43,631 bases of DNA, from positions 1 to 43,631 of the IMG/VR virus record IMGVR_UViG_3300038393_001615; one strand, written 5' to 3'. How positions within the stretch are numbered: the stretch's first letter is position 1; the number at the start of each line of letters is the position of its first letter. The notes below the pieces were generated by a model that was not told the origin of the DNA, did not search any database, and saw only the letters and a list, made by a program, of their open reading frames with translations. The translations under genes were made by a program, and so were the position numbers. The stretch comes from a virus (taxonomy: Duplodnaviria > Caudoviricetes). This document shows, one piece after another, positions 43,505 through 43,631 of the stretch.

Positions 43505-43631
43505 TGCCTCTTTTGAATCGCAACCAGTTGCTCGACGTCAACGACCTCCCCCACAAGGAAGTGGAGGTTCCCGAGTGGGGCGGCGCTGTCCGCCTCATCA
43601 CCCTCGGCGCGCGGGATCGCGTCGAATGGGA
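43505..43631. repeat. Terminal overlap identical to 1-127
   Basis: tgcctcttttgaatcgcaac...gtcgaatggga matches 1-127; the ATG of the tail chaperone is at 43504-43506 after a GGAG RBS. Confidence 0.95.

Noticed and set aside
1-43631. Integrase, CI repressor, tRNA, reverse transcriptase/DGR
   Set aside because: No recognisable motifs, cloverleaf or TR/VR pair seen; distant homologues among the orphan genes cannot be excluded

Overview
This window is an apparently complete, circularly assembled, GC-rich siphophage genome of about 43,504 bp; bases 43505-43631 duplicate bases 1-127. It has an HK97-type head module (HNH, TerS, TerL, portal, prohead protease, capsid) and a lambda-type tail (tube, frameshifted G/GT chaperone, tape measure, M, L, K, I, J). 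It also carries a GH19 endolysin/holin/Rz-Rz1 lysis cassette and a divergent replication region (family A DNA polymerase, RdgC, putative SSB, Cas4-like nuclease, SF2 helicase, VRR-NUC, NrS-1-like primase-helicase). A compositionally distinct block of small leftward genes lies at about 26.4-32 kb. I recognised no integrase, CI-type repressor, tRNA or CRISPR array. Four observations stand out. (1) Both tail-tip proteins gpI and gpJ end in related Hint (intein-like/BIL) domains: Gly-rich linker, Cys, a CSRSAPL block, then HHN. These genes sit next to the JAB/NlpC protein gpK, suggesting a self-processing or ligating tail-tip maturation system. (2) The major capsid and the tail tube protein both start with a hydrophobic leader followed by the same KHYGxRxGxKxG motif, and a glycosyltransferase-like gene lies in the head module. 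(3) A TGACG-N4-CGTCA palindrome recurs, mostly at sigma70-like promoters, including the one before a TetR-like regulator. (4) An AT-rich, repeat-laden non-coding region lies at about 32 kb. All calls come from reading motifs by eye; no database searches were run.
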